Part shown: positions 1 through 8,500 of the stretch, piece by piece
Layout of the letters: every line of letters starts with the position of its first letter
Numbering within the stretch: the first letter of the stretch is position 1
Sequence record: PV593634.1
Strand: one strand, 5' to 3'
DNA length: 64,000 nucleotides
Translations under genes and position numbers: made by a program
Notes under the pieces: model-generated
What the model saw: the letters and a program-made list of their open reading frames with translations, nothing else
The model's database searches: none
What the model was told of the DNA's origin: nothing

Positions 1-20
1 AAGTTTATGACCGCCTGGTT

Positions 21-527
21 ATGAAAGTGGGTAAAGCTAAAGCTGATGTGATCATGCATGCCGACATCTTATCCCTGGTCGATTGGTCTCGTTATGTCGA
101 GTATGGTGACACATACGTTCCATTCGAGATGTGCCGTTATGAACAATCCTGGTATTTCCATTCCATCAAACGTGAAGGGGTTGAATCAGTATCGGCTCTG
201 ATGGATGCTCAACGCTTCTGTAAGTTGGTACAAATGGAACCCGCTAAGGAATGTATCCTGGCCGGTGGTTTGTATCACGAACATGAAGGTAAATGCGTAA
301 CACTGTTTGCCACTATTGATCCAGTTCGTGAGATCGTAGCTATCGATGTAATGATCAGTACGGATCACTTTGATTCTCGTACCCGATTCACTAACAATAT
401 ACGGGGCGAATGGAACAACTCCATTTATGATCATCTCCTGTTCTCCGATCATGTCTCCGTGGAGACTCACGAGCAAGCTCTCGAAATGATCAACCGTATC
501 AAAACTAACTTAATCATTTACTCTTAA
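21..527 (+). CDS. hypothetical protein (probably 5'-truncated by window edge)
   Basis: 168-aa ORF; frame stays open upstream of 21 to the window start. Confidence 0.7.
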   Translation: MKVGKAKADVIMHADILSLVDWSRYVEYGDTYVPFEMCRYEQSWYFHSIKREGVESVSALMDAQRFCKLVQMEPAKECILAGGLYHEHEGKCVTLFATIDPVREIVAIDVMISTDHFDSRTRFTNNIRGEWNNSIYDHLLFSDHVSVETHEQALEMINRIKTNLIIYS

Positions 528-544
528 TTAGAAGGAAGTACAAA

Positions 545-1000
545 GTGGAGCTTAAATTTTTATTCGGTACTGTTCGTGTCATCAAAAAGAATGACGAAGA
601 TACGATAGAAAATGCCACGCTGAAAGACTGCATCCTGATGACTCGTAAAACGGATTTGATTCAGCATTCTGAAATGGCATCTGCTACATCGTTATTTCCA
701 CTAACGGGTGGGTTTATTAAGAGCATCCGTGACCGTAGAAAAATGCATTGGTTTGGTGAATCTGTATCTTGCAGAGTTCGGACCGATGAAAGTATGGAAC
801 CGTTGTACACTAAGTTGGTTACAACCGAGAACTACTGGAAAGCTGAACTGATTCGTCTGGGCAGAACTTACACCATCTTCATGGTATGTCCTGTGGATTA
901 TGAACCAAGTTGTCAGTTATCAGAACTCAAATGGCAACCATGTTCACACCTTGATCTTAAAGACATTGTAGAAGCTGAGCAGAAGACCAACGTTTACTAA
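545..1000 (+). CDS. hypothetical protein
   Basis: 151-aa ORF, GTG start with GAAGGA Shine-Dalgarno, followed by hairpin. Confidence 0.75.
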   Translation: MELKFLFGTVRVIKKNDEDTIENATLKDCILMTRKTDLIQHSEMASATSLFPLTGGFIKSIRDRRKMHWFGESVSCRVRTDESMEPLYTKLVTTENYWKAELIRLGRTYTIFMVCPVDYEPSCQLSELKWQPCSHLDLKDIVEAEQKTNVY

Positions 1001-1003
1001 ACA

Positions 1004-1047
1004 AACATAATCCCCTACCCCTCCTTTATGGAGTGGGTAGGGTTATG
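1004..1047. terminator. conserved bidirectional hairpin, copy 1 of CCCTACCC-CTCC-loop-GGAG-T-GGGTAGGG family
   Basis: inverted repeat between convergent ORFs ending 1000(+) and 1065(-). Confidence 0.85.
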
Positions 1048-1064
1048 AATTACTTTAATTATTT

Positions 1065-1670
1065 TTAGACGATTGCTTTAAGGTCTTCAATGAAGTAAAG
1101 GTTACCAGTGAACTTATCGATGTTGATAGAAGTGATGGTAAACTCACCAGAAGCTTTGGTTGTAGGATCCATAGCTGGCGCTGTGGTTACACCAATCTGA
1201 TCCCAATAGATGTCGTTCATCAAACGCATAACTACATCTGGATTAGCATCAGCTGAGTTCAGAACAATGGCATGCTTACCAACCATGTTCACATACACTA
1301 CACCTGGACCTTGTGTTCCGTTCTTAACTGCAAGAGTTAATTCTTCAACCGTACCGTAGGTGGTTACAACCACACCGAATTCGTTAAAGATAGGAACAAT
1401 GGTGATCTTCTCTACTTCAATATCAGCACGGAAGAAACCGGTTTTACGAGATAAGAAACAGCAGAGGACAATTCCACTACCTAAAGTAACTGGAGGTTCG
1501 ATCATCACATCTTCGTGACGTAAACCATCGTAACGCTGTTTAGCGAGTGTCAATTCGTCGCTTGGTCCTTCCGCTTCTAGTTTGGCGATACGATCAACCA
1601 TAAACTTTCGGGCAGATAAGAACACCGGATCATTTATCTTTTTACTGTTAACGCCTGAGACTGTGATCAT
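1065..1670 (-). CDS. hypothetical protein
   Basis: 201-aa ORF with normal codon usage, converging on hairpin. Confidence 0.8.
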   Translation of the reverse strand: MITVSGVNSKKINDPVFLSARKFMVDRIAKLEAEGPSDELTLAKQRYDGLRHEDVMIEPPVTLGSGIVLCCFLSRKTGFFRADIEVEKITIVPIFNEFGVVVTTYGTVEELTLAVKNGTQGPGVVYVNMVGKHAIVLNSADANPDVVMRLMNDIYWDQIGVTTAPAMDPTTKASGEFTITSINIDKFTGNLYFIEDLKAIV

Positions 1671-1760
1671 AATGGGCTACCTGTTAATAAAACTATTAGA
1701 GTATTTTGACTCGTTCCAAAAGATTCAAATGACTTATTACCCGTGTGTATAAAAATACAG

Positions 1761-1780
1761 ACAGATATTATTAAAGTGTA
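1761..1780 (+). promoter_or_regulatory. putative early promoter motif ACAGATATTATTAAAGTGTA
   Basis: motif recurs at several intergenic operon starts (8899, 14052, 29018, 53020 and others). Confidence 0.6.
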
Positions 1781-1788
1781 CAGTTAAT

Positions 1789-2175
1789 GTGTATCTTAAT
1801 GAGGAAATAAAGATGGATAGTAAACCTAAACTGATTGTACACGCCATGGCCGAGGAACGTGTAAAGTATCTGAATCGGCATCTGGTTAATCTAGATACTT
1901 GTGTATTAACGATGAAGGAGGTACCTTGGTGGAAACTTTATAAGTTCCTGAAGTACCGTTTAGCCATCTTGTCGGTAACCATGTGCATACGACCCAAGCT
2001 ACAAAAACTTATTCTGGATTACACTATCTATACGGCCAATCCTCCAGACTTCACCATCGGGTATATTAATATGCGATTCACTGAATTTCTGGAAACGCAT
2101 AAAAAATTCCTAATCAATCTAAATAAACTTTATTTAGTAAAGGAAGATAAGTTTTTAGAAAAACTGAATAAGTAA
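1789..2175 (+). CDS. hypothetical helical protein (start may be ATG 1813)
   Basis: 128-aa ORF; GAGG precedes ATG at 1813. Confidence 0.7.
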   Translation: MYLNEEIKMDSKPKLIVHAMAEERVKYLNRHLVNLDTCVLTMKEVPWWKLYKFLKYRLAILSVTMCIRPKLQKLILDYTIYTANPPDFTIGYINMRFTEFLETHKKFLINLNKLYLVKEDKFLEKLNK

Positions 2176-2202
2176 TGTTCTGTTCTAAATTGGAGAAATG
2201 AA

Positions 2203-2601
2203 ATGAAAGAAACCGAAGCTCAATATCTAGCAAGACTCGCTTATCATTCAGCTCACGATCTGTTAGACTGTATCGATGATGCGGTTAAACAAATGATCGA
2301 AAGTCGTAATTGGAAAACCTATCTGACCACGTTGGATCTGTTTACTGTATTACATCTGAAAGCTCGAATGAATACTTTTAAGAAAGCTGTTGGTAACAAC
2401 TTCGAGTTGTATATCTACAACGGTGATAAATACAACGACCGTGTTCTAGAGTACATCGTTAATTTCTATAACGATCTTATTCGTGAATTCCGTAAGGACA
2501 TTATTAATCTATTCAACTTCTGTCGTAAAGACGTACCGCACCTTACCGGTAACGGTGAGGAATCTTTCTTAGCATTAACATACGGTGGTTATATCAGATA
2601 A
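2203..2601 (+). CDS. hypothetical protein
   Basis: 132-aa ORF with GGAG SD. Confidence 0.8.
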   Translation: MKETEAQYLARLAYHSAHDLLDCIDDAVKQMIESRNWKTYLTTLDLFTVLHLKARMNTFKKAVGNNFELYIYNGDKYNDRVLEYIVNFYNDLIREFRKDIINLFNFCRKDVPHLTGNGEESFLALTYGGYIR

Positions 2602-2615
2602 CCCAGGAGCCCGCC

Positions 2616-3155
2616 ATGAATACAGTTTTCTGTGCAGACGGACATGTGGATCACTTAGCTTCTTGCAAAAGAAGGGGATTTGAAACAGTAGAAAAATTCC
2701 AAGAGTATTACGCTGATACTTGGTGTTCTAAAGTTGGTAAGAATACTTTAGTGTATTGTGTCGGGGATATGGCTTTGTACCATTCCGGCTTGGTGTTCAT
2801 GAAGAAACTTCCTGGGCGCAAGATCCTGGTGATGGGTAACCACGATCCCGAACGTGAAAACAATACACGCGATTTAATTGAAGTGTATGATGAACTGTAC
2901 GGTGTATGGAAGCACAAAGGCTCTCCTTTATATATCGCACACGTTCCTTCCCATCCGTCACAACTTCGTGGTCGTTTAATGGTGCACGGGCATTTACATG
3001 GAGATGTCATTCAGGATGAACGTTATATCAACGTATCTTGGGAACAACTTCCTGGTCATGCTCCAGTATCGATCGAAGATATTGTATCGGGTAAATTCAG
3101 AACCTGGAGAAAACCTGAACATGGAACAATCCATTTACCGTCTAAGCAAGTATAG
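2616..3155 (+). CDS. calcineurin-like metallophosphoesterase
   Basis: motifs ADGHVDH, VGDM, MGNHD, AHVP, VHGHLH. Confidence 0.9.
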   Translation: MNTVFCADGHVDHLASCKRRGFETVEKFQEYYADTWCSKVGKNTLVYCVGDMALYHSGLVFMKKLPGRKILVMGNHDPERENNTRDLIEVYDELYGVWKHKGSPLYIAHVPSHPSQLRGRLMVHGHLHGDVIQDERYINVSWEQLPGHAPVSIEDIVSGKFRTWRKPEHGTIHLPSKQV

Positions 3156-3348
3156 TAATTACGCATTTGTAATTGCTTTCACAGTTTTAGCCATGCTGCT
3201 TGGGTTCGATTATTTCAAACCCATCGAAATGACTAAGTTTATTGTTGTTGCCCTATTCCCTTTCCAGGTGGCGCTGGTAATCTTCGACATCATACTTTAC
3301 TTTGTACGTCGACAAATAGAAAGGAAACGTCGTGACTCCGTCTCATAA
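3121..3348 (+). CDS. small two-TM membrane protein (track ORF begins 2998; start uncertain)
   Basis: two hydrophobic segments, basic C-terminus. Confidence 0.6.
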   Translation: MEQSIYRLSKYSNYAFVIAFTVLAMLLGFDYFKPIEMTKFIVVALFPFQVALVIFDIILYFVRRQIERKRRDSVS

Positions 3349-3547
3349 CCTTATCGTGTTCTTTTGCATTATGGTTGTTCTTTATCTTATCTACGTTGGG
3401 TCGAAGCTAGTCGACTGTTACATGCCGAGATATCGTAAAGAACAGGTCGTCAAAATTATTAAGGTCAACGGTACCATTATTCTGACCGCTTCTATCTTTA
3501 CCCTCGTTATCAATGGCTGTGTTGCAATCTATAAGGTATTCTCATGA
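3332..3547 (+). CDS. small two-TM membrane protein
   Basis: two hydrophobic segments; ATGA overlap with thyA. Confidence 0.7.
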   Translation: MTPSHNLIVFFCIMVVLYLIYVGSKLVDCYMPRYRKEQVVKIIKVNGTIILTASIFTLVINGCVAIYKVFS

Positions 3548-4734
3548 AAAAGTTAAATAAGTATGAACACTGGTATATGGAACAGATGAATAACATCATC
3601 GAGAACGGTCAACGTCGTGGCGACCGTACCGGTACTGGTGTTATCTCTCTACCTGATCTGGAGTATCGTCATGACCTGCGTGAATCTTACCCAGTTCTGT
3701 GGTCTCGCTTCTTTAACCTTCATATGCCTATCATCGAGATTTTGTGGATGATGTCGGGTAGCTCCAATATCCTGGAACTGAAAGAGAAAGGTTGTCCGTT
3801 CTGGAATGGCTTTGCGGTTAAAGGTGACAAGATTGTAGCGACTCAGTTGTCTTTAACTGAACGTCTTAAATTGTTAGCCGCTAAACAGGGTGTTCCTTAC
3901 GGTAAGGTTCTCCAGGTATTCGGTAGTGAGAAACCTGAAGATATTAAACTGGAACTGGATCTGAAAGAGATCCCCGATACCCAAGATATGCTGGTTGCTA
4001 AAGACGGTGACCTAGGTCCAGTATACGGTCACCAGTGGCGTTATTGGCCAAACCCTGATGGATCTACCTTCGACCAGTTAACGTACGCTCTGGAAGCTTT
4101 ACGTAGCGATCCTAACAACCGTCGCATCGTAGTCAACTGTTGGAACCCAAGTTACCTGCCGGATCCTAAGAAATCCCCAGCAGAGAACGCTGCTAACGGT
4201 AAGATGGCTTTGACTCCGTGCCACTTCAGCTTTGGTTTCTATACCTGGGAAATTCCTTTCCATGAACGTGCTGAAATGTTGAAAGGTCTGTGTGCTCCAG
4301 AAGAATGGCGTAGCATCTATCCCATCACAAGTGGATCTGAAGCAATTGCTAAGATCGAAGCACTGTGTGGTAAGTACGATATCCCTCGCTACTTCCTGGA
4401 CCTGAAATACGTGATGCGTTCAAACGACTGGATCCTAGGTCAGCCAGCCAATATGAACATGTACTCTGCCATGTTAATGGTGTTTGCGAAAGAACTGAAC
4501 ATGGTTCCTCGCTACGTCAAATACACTGGCTGGGATTGTCATGTTTACGCCAACCATCTGGAAGGTGCCGAAGAACTAAACCGTCGTTGGGCTACTGGTG
4601 AACATAAGTACTCTAATGTGCATGTTAACCTGGATACCGAAGCACTTGGTCTGTTTAACTACAGACATGATGACTTCCACGTTCCTGAAGCTTATAAGCC
4701 GCTGGACAAAATCAAATTCCCTATCGCTATCTAA
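3544..4734 (+). CDS. thyA: thymidylate synthase
   Basis: DRTGTG, LGPVYGHQWR, NRRIVVNCWNP, ALTPCH (catalytic Cys), RSNDWILGQPAN, DCHVYANH; two internal insertions. Confidence 0.97.
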   Translation: MKKLNKYEHWYMEQMNNIIENGQRRGDRTGTGVISLPDLEYRHDLRESYPVLWSRFFNLHMPIIEILWMMSGSSNILELKEKGCPFWNGFAVKGDKIVATQLSLTERLKLLAAKQGVPYGKVLQVFGSEKPEDIKLELDLKEIPDTQDMLVAKDGDLGPVYGHQWRYWPNPDGSTFDQLTYALEALRSDPNNRRIVVNCWNPSYLPDPKKSPAENAANGKMALTPCHFSFGFYTWEIPFHERAEMLKGLCAPEEWRSIYPITSGSEAIAKIEALCGKYDIPRYFLDLKYVMRSNDWILGQPANMNMYSAMLMVFAKELNMVPRYVKYTGWDCHVYANHLEGAEELNRRWATGEHKYSNVHVNLDTEALGLFNYRHDDFHVPEAYKPLDKIKFPIAI

Positions 4735-4742
4735 CTTAAATA

Positions 4743-4768
4743 ACTAGGGGTCCGAAAGGGTCCCTAGT
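4743..4768 (+). terminator. GNRA-loop hairpin after thyA
   Basis: ACTAGGGGTCC-GAAA-GGGTCCCTAGT. Confidence 0.7.
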
Positions 4769-4782
4769 AAAGGAGCTTTTAA

Positions 4783-5607
4783 ATGACTAAGCAAGAACGT
4801 GATAACATCGTAGGCGTAACTTCATTTCAAACCTTACTTCGTGGCGTTGAGGTTTTTATTGAACAGGATGGGTTAAAACCAATTGAAATCAATGGGTTGG
4901 TTACCCAACCTTTATATGACGTATTAAACATGATGACCAGAATTACGTTTGGCGTACCTTATATTGGTAAGGATCCTCGTTTCGGTCAACAAGATTCTTT
5001 AACAGGTTTGCAGGATTGGTATAACCATGTGCGTTCTTTCGTAAATCAGGGGACTCAGTATTATCTCCACCCAATGGAGATTACTGGCGAGTGGGATATG
5101 GAAAGCTATCGTGGATTCCAATCCATCGTCGAATGCTACCGTCAACATACTCTAAAGAAAGAAGGGATAATCCATTCCGATATCTCTCGCATCAATTATC
5201 GTATTTCCGGTATTGATACAATCATATTCTCTAGCGAAACCCAGTTAGATGATTTCCATAAGTGTGCTACCTTAGCTACAGGTGTTCAGAACATCGAACA
5301 ATACCTGCCGTACATGAGAACCACTGGTTGGAAGTTTAGTGTTGGATGTACTGACGAAGGCTTCCCAGTTGGCGTTATCGCGTACAGTTTACCTAACCCG
5401 ATGATGGGTAATCAAGATACAGTTATTGCCGGTATCTATGTTGCTCCCGAACATCGTGGACGAGGTATCGGTAAAGCTTTGGTTAACGATGTGTTGACTG
5501 CATCCCAACCATATGACTATACAGTGGTGGCTAATAAGTCGGTAGGTCATGTACCAGGATGGTCGGATGTGATTAGTTTCCTTTCTCAGTTCAACGTCAA
5601 AATGTAA
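4783..5607 (+). CDS. protein with C-terminal GNAT acetyltransferase domain
   Basis: IAGIYVAPEHRGRGIGKALV acetyl-CoA binding motif A; N-terminal half unassigned. Confidence 0.85.
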   Translation: MTKQERDNIVGVTSFQTLLRGVEVFIEQDGLKPIEINGLVTQPLYDVLNMMTRITFGVPYIGKDPRFGQQDSLTGLQDWYNHVRSFVNQGTQYYLHPMEITGEWDMESYRGFQSIVECYRQHTLKKEGIIHSDISRINYRISGIDTIIFSSETQLDDFHKCATLATGVQNIEQYLPYMRTTGWKFSVGCTDEGFPVGVIAYSLPNPMMGNQDTVIAGIYVAPEHRGRGIGKALVNDVLTASQPYDYTVVANKSVGHVPGWSDVISFLSQFNVKM

Positions 5608-5612
5608 TACAT

Positions 5613-5638
5613 CCTCCTTTACCCGAAGGTAAAGGAGG
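5613..5638. terminator. hairpin terminator
   Basis: CCTCCTTTACC-CGAA-GGTAAAGGAGG. Confidence 0.8.
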
Positions 5639-5663
5639 GTTCAGTTTCAGTTGTATTCTTTTT

Positions 5664-5691
5664 CAGACACATATAATTTAAGTGTAAATAC
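5664..5691 (+). promoter_or_regulatory. putative early promoter
   Basis: CAGACACATATAATTTAAGTGTAAATAC, near-identical to 12620..12647. Confidence 0.65.
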
Positions 5692-5745
5692 AATAATGTA
5701 TTACAACCACCTGCAACTATTAAATTTTAGAGAAGGAATATTACC

Positions 5746-6096
5746 ATGGCTAACAACTTCGCTGCTGTAGAACACATGAACGATCGTAACGTAGAAGGCG
5801 TTTCTTATATGAAAACCGTTCTGGCTAACGTTATGGGCGTAAACACTGAATCCGAAAAAGATAACGAGATGGGTTCAGTAGCAATGGCTGCTATCAAATC
5901 TATGGCTCGTACTGCTTTCGGTCGTCTGCCTCTGTTCCGTACTGCACAGATGGATAACGGCGTAATGACTTTCCAGGCTTTCTTCAACGACTTCGCTGAA
6001 GCTAATGACCTGAACGCACACCTGCGTGTAACTGGTGTTTGGAACGAAGCAACCCAGAACGCATTCGACATGATCGTAACTAAATTCAACGCATAA
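5746..6096 (+). CDS. hypothetical protein, probably highly expressed
   Basis: 116-aa ORF, strong codon bias, GAAGGA SD. Confidence 0.85.
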   Translation: MANNFAAVEHMNDRNVEGVSYMKTVLANVMGVNTESEKDNEMGSVAMAAIKSMARTAFGRLPLFRTAQMDNGVMTFQAFFNDFAEANDLNAHLRVTGVWNEATQNAFDMIVTKFNA

Positions 6097-6107
6097 GGAA
6101 TACTAAC

Positions 6108-6365
6108 ATGAACCATTTTAAATTAGCTCGTGCTGCTGCAAAGAACCAAAAACTGGCTGCTCTGTTCACTGCTGTATTCCTGGCATTCGGTCTGGTATTC
6201 TGGCTGCTTGCAAAACTGGAAATCGCAACTGAGTTCTCCCAGTTCATCGCCACCATTATGGGTAACGTATCTTTCGGATTCCTGATTGCATATGTTATCT
6301 GCAATGTTATCCGTTACAACTCGGAAACAAAAACCCATAAAGGGTTACCTAAACGTATGCATTAA
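6108..6365 (+). CDS. small two-TM membrane protein
   Basis: AAGGA SD, two hydrophobic helices. Confidence 0.8.
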   Translation: MNHFKLARAAAKNQKLAALFTAVFLAFGLVFWLLAKLEIATEFSQFIATIMGNVSFGFLIAYVICNVIRYNSETKTHKGLPKRMH

Positions 6366-6367
6366 TT

Positions 6368-6400
6368 CCCACCTGCCCCTAGTTTTATACTAGGGGTGGG
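6368..6400. terminator. hairpin
   Basis: CCCCTAG...CTAGGGG stem after ORF ending 6365. Confidence 0.6.
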
Positions 6401-6433
6401 ATCTTAAGCTCTATAATAATTTTTGGTATCCAT

Positions 6434-6679
6434 ATGAAAAACAAAACAACTAAGTTACTGTTTGGGTTGTTTGAGCTTATGGTAGTCGGATTAGCTATTA
6501 TGTTCGTGATAATCGCTTCCGCTACTATAGCTTGGTGGTTCAAAGCCATACCTGAAGAAATGAGCGCATATATTCAACCCGCCCTGATAATAGTAGGATG
6601 CTGGGCTGGTGCTGTAGTAATGATAGGGATGTCGGCTTTGGACAGTAAACTTCCCTACGACCCTAATAACCGTCATTAA
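6434..6679 (+). CDS. small two-TM membrane protein
   Basis: two hydrophobic helices. Confidence 0.75.
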   Translation: MKNKTTKLLFGLFELMVVGLAIMFVIIASATIAWWFKAIPEEMSAYIQPALIIVGCWAGAVVMIGMSALDSKLPYDPNNRH

Positions 6680-6680
6680 T

Positions 6681-7361
6681 TTGGATAAAAGAATGAATCA
6701 TTTTAACCCTAAAGGCTTCCCGCTTGTTTTCGCAGTAGACATGGATGATACCCTGAACGATACTCACGGTTTTATCTACAACGGAATGTTGAGACACTAT
6801 ACCGAACGCGGTATGAAAGCTAAAGCCGAATACATCCAGGAAGAACATCGTAAAGGAACAAGTTCTTTAGTATGGCGTGAAGATGTTCGTCGTGACATTA
6901 ACGACGTCATTATCGATACCAACGCTTATATCAAGAATGCTTATGGTTCTAACTTGATGGATAATGGTTTCATTAATTTGATGCGTGAAATCAAACTAGA
7001 GTACCCTGATCAGTTCTTCCCTGTGGTTGTTACTCACCGTGGGTTCGATCCAGAAGCTGGAACGTTAACTGAGGTCTGGTTGTACGAGAACGGAATTAAC
7101 GATCTTTTCCAGGTTGTACATGCTTTAGATCCTCGCGTTAAGCCTAACAAGGTTGAGTTCCTTAAAGAGACTTACCCCAGTCATGCAATCCGTCTTCTGG
7201 ATGACAACCCATTAGCTCGTACCGATAAGGTTTACGACCATGTTCCTGAACTGATTGTGTACGACAAGATCTCTAAGCTCCCTGCTTATCAGAATCAACG
7301 TAAGTATACCAGCAACTTAAACCTGGTTTATGATATCGTGAGAACCATTGAGGGTAACTAA
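6681..7361 (+). CDS. HAD-superfamily hydrolase, 5'(3')-deoxyribonucleotidase-like
   Basis: FAVDMDDTL (motif I), VVTHRG (II), K, LLDDNP (IV). Confidence 0.85.
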   Translation: MDKRMNHFNPKGFPLVFAVDMDDTLNDTHGFIYNGMLRHYTERGMKAKAEYIQEEHRKGTSSLVWREDVRRDINDVIIDTNAYIKNAYGSNLMDNGFINLMREIKLEYPDQFFPVVVTHRGFDPEAGTLTEVWLYENGINDLFQVVHALDPRVKPNKVEFLKETYPSHAIRLLDDNPLARTDKVYDHVPELIVYDKISKLPAYQNQRKYTSNLNLVYDIVRTIEGN

Positions 7362-7847
7362 ATGGAATATCAGATTGCTCAATTAACTAACGAATCTTTG
7401 AAGACTTTAACTCCTAGCGAGAATAAAGAAATCTTAGATATGTTTCGTGCTATGGCTAAGACGGATGAACGTTTCCATATTTATAAGTCAGAAAGCCATA
7501 TCTCCAATCCGGAACTGAAGAGTCTGAAACAGTTGGTTGTTGGTGGTGGGAGTTTAATCATCGTAGCCGATAAGGAAACTCATGAACTGGTAGGTGGTTG
7601 TGGATTCCGTGTAACTGATTTCGGTATTCTTAAACAGGGTGCCGTATCATTCGTTTACACCATGCCTAAGTACAGAAAGCAAGGTGCGGCAACTGCGATG
7701 TTTAACAAGGTAAACGAGATCGCTAAAGCCGCTGGTTGTACCGAGTTGTATATCACTGTTGCCTCGGCTAATACTGAAGCGATTAATCTCTATGAACGCG
7801 TGGGATTCGAACCACGCATCATCCAAATGTTAAAAGGCGTTAAATAA
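7362..7847 (+). CDS. GNAT family N-acetyltransferase
   Basis: VYTMPKYRKQGAATAM motif A; VASANTEAINLYERVGF motif B. Confidence 0.92.
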   Translation: MEYQIAQLTNESLKTLTPSENKEILDMFRAMAKTDERFHIYKSESHISNPELKSLKQLVVGGGSLIIVADKETHELVGGCGFRVTDFGILKQGAVSFVYTMPKYRKQGAATAMFNKVNEIAKAAGCTELYITVASANTEAINLYERVGFEPRIIQMLKGVK

Positions 7848-8500
7848 TGAACAGTACTGCATACCTGAAAAACGATATTAAGTTCGTCCAGGCTACCACA
7901 TACTCCATGATTATGGCGTGCGATTCTAATGGCGGGATCGGTTATAAGAACGGCTTGCCGTGGGGTCGTTGTGATGTTGATATGAAGTGGTTCCGTGCCA
8001 GTACGCTGGGTAAAATCATCGTCATGGGTCGTAGTACATTTGAATCTCTGGATTCTAAACCGCTACCTGGTCGTATCAATATTGTTCTGTCCACTACTCT
8101 GGATCCTCAGATCGGTAAAGACTGGAACAAAGAAAATGAAAACGACATTAAGAAAGGCTATCTGCTTATTCTTAAAGATGTCGGTGCAGTCCGTAAATTT
8201 ATCGAAGACTCCCTTGGTATCTTACATAACGGTGGTGAGGTAATGGTAATCGGTGGAGCGCTGGTTTATTCCGCATTCTGGGATATTTGCTCTCGTCTAT
8301 ATCTTACTACCTTTGACGGTACTTTCGATTCTGATGTCCAGGTTCAGATTCCGATGGAAAACTTTGAATTAATCTATCTGGATAAACGTAGTCGTTTAAA
8401 TCCGCAGTTCGCTATTTACGATTGTGTCAAAGATGACAGTCGCCCATTAATCATTACTCGCGAGGAGTTGCAATCATGTTTAAAATCCCTGACCATTTAG
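7847..8500 (+). CDS. folA: dihydrofolate reductase
   Basis: GGIGYKNGLPW, VMGRSTFES, PLPGRINIVLS, VIGGALVY. Confidence 0.96.
   Translation: MNSTAYLKNDIKFVQATTYSMIMACDSNGGIGYKNGLPWGRCDVDMKWFRASTLGKIIVMGRSTFESLDSKPLPGRINIVLSTTLDPQIGKDWNKENENDIKKGYLLILKDVGAVRKFIEDSLGILHNGGEVMVIGGALVYSAFWDICSRLYLTTFDGTFDSDVQVQIPMENFELIYLDKRSRLNPQFAIYDCVKDDSRPLIITREELQSCLKSLTI

Noticed and set aside
3544-4734. thyA as dCMP hydroxymethylase, or as intein/intron-containing gene
   Set aside because: The dUMP-specifying Asn (PAN.N.Y) is present, the ORF is continuous, and the insertions lack intein C/S...HN termini. Common restriction sites such as GATC and GGATCC are plentiful, so nothing points to base replacement.
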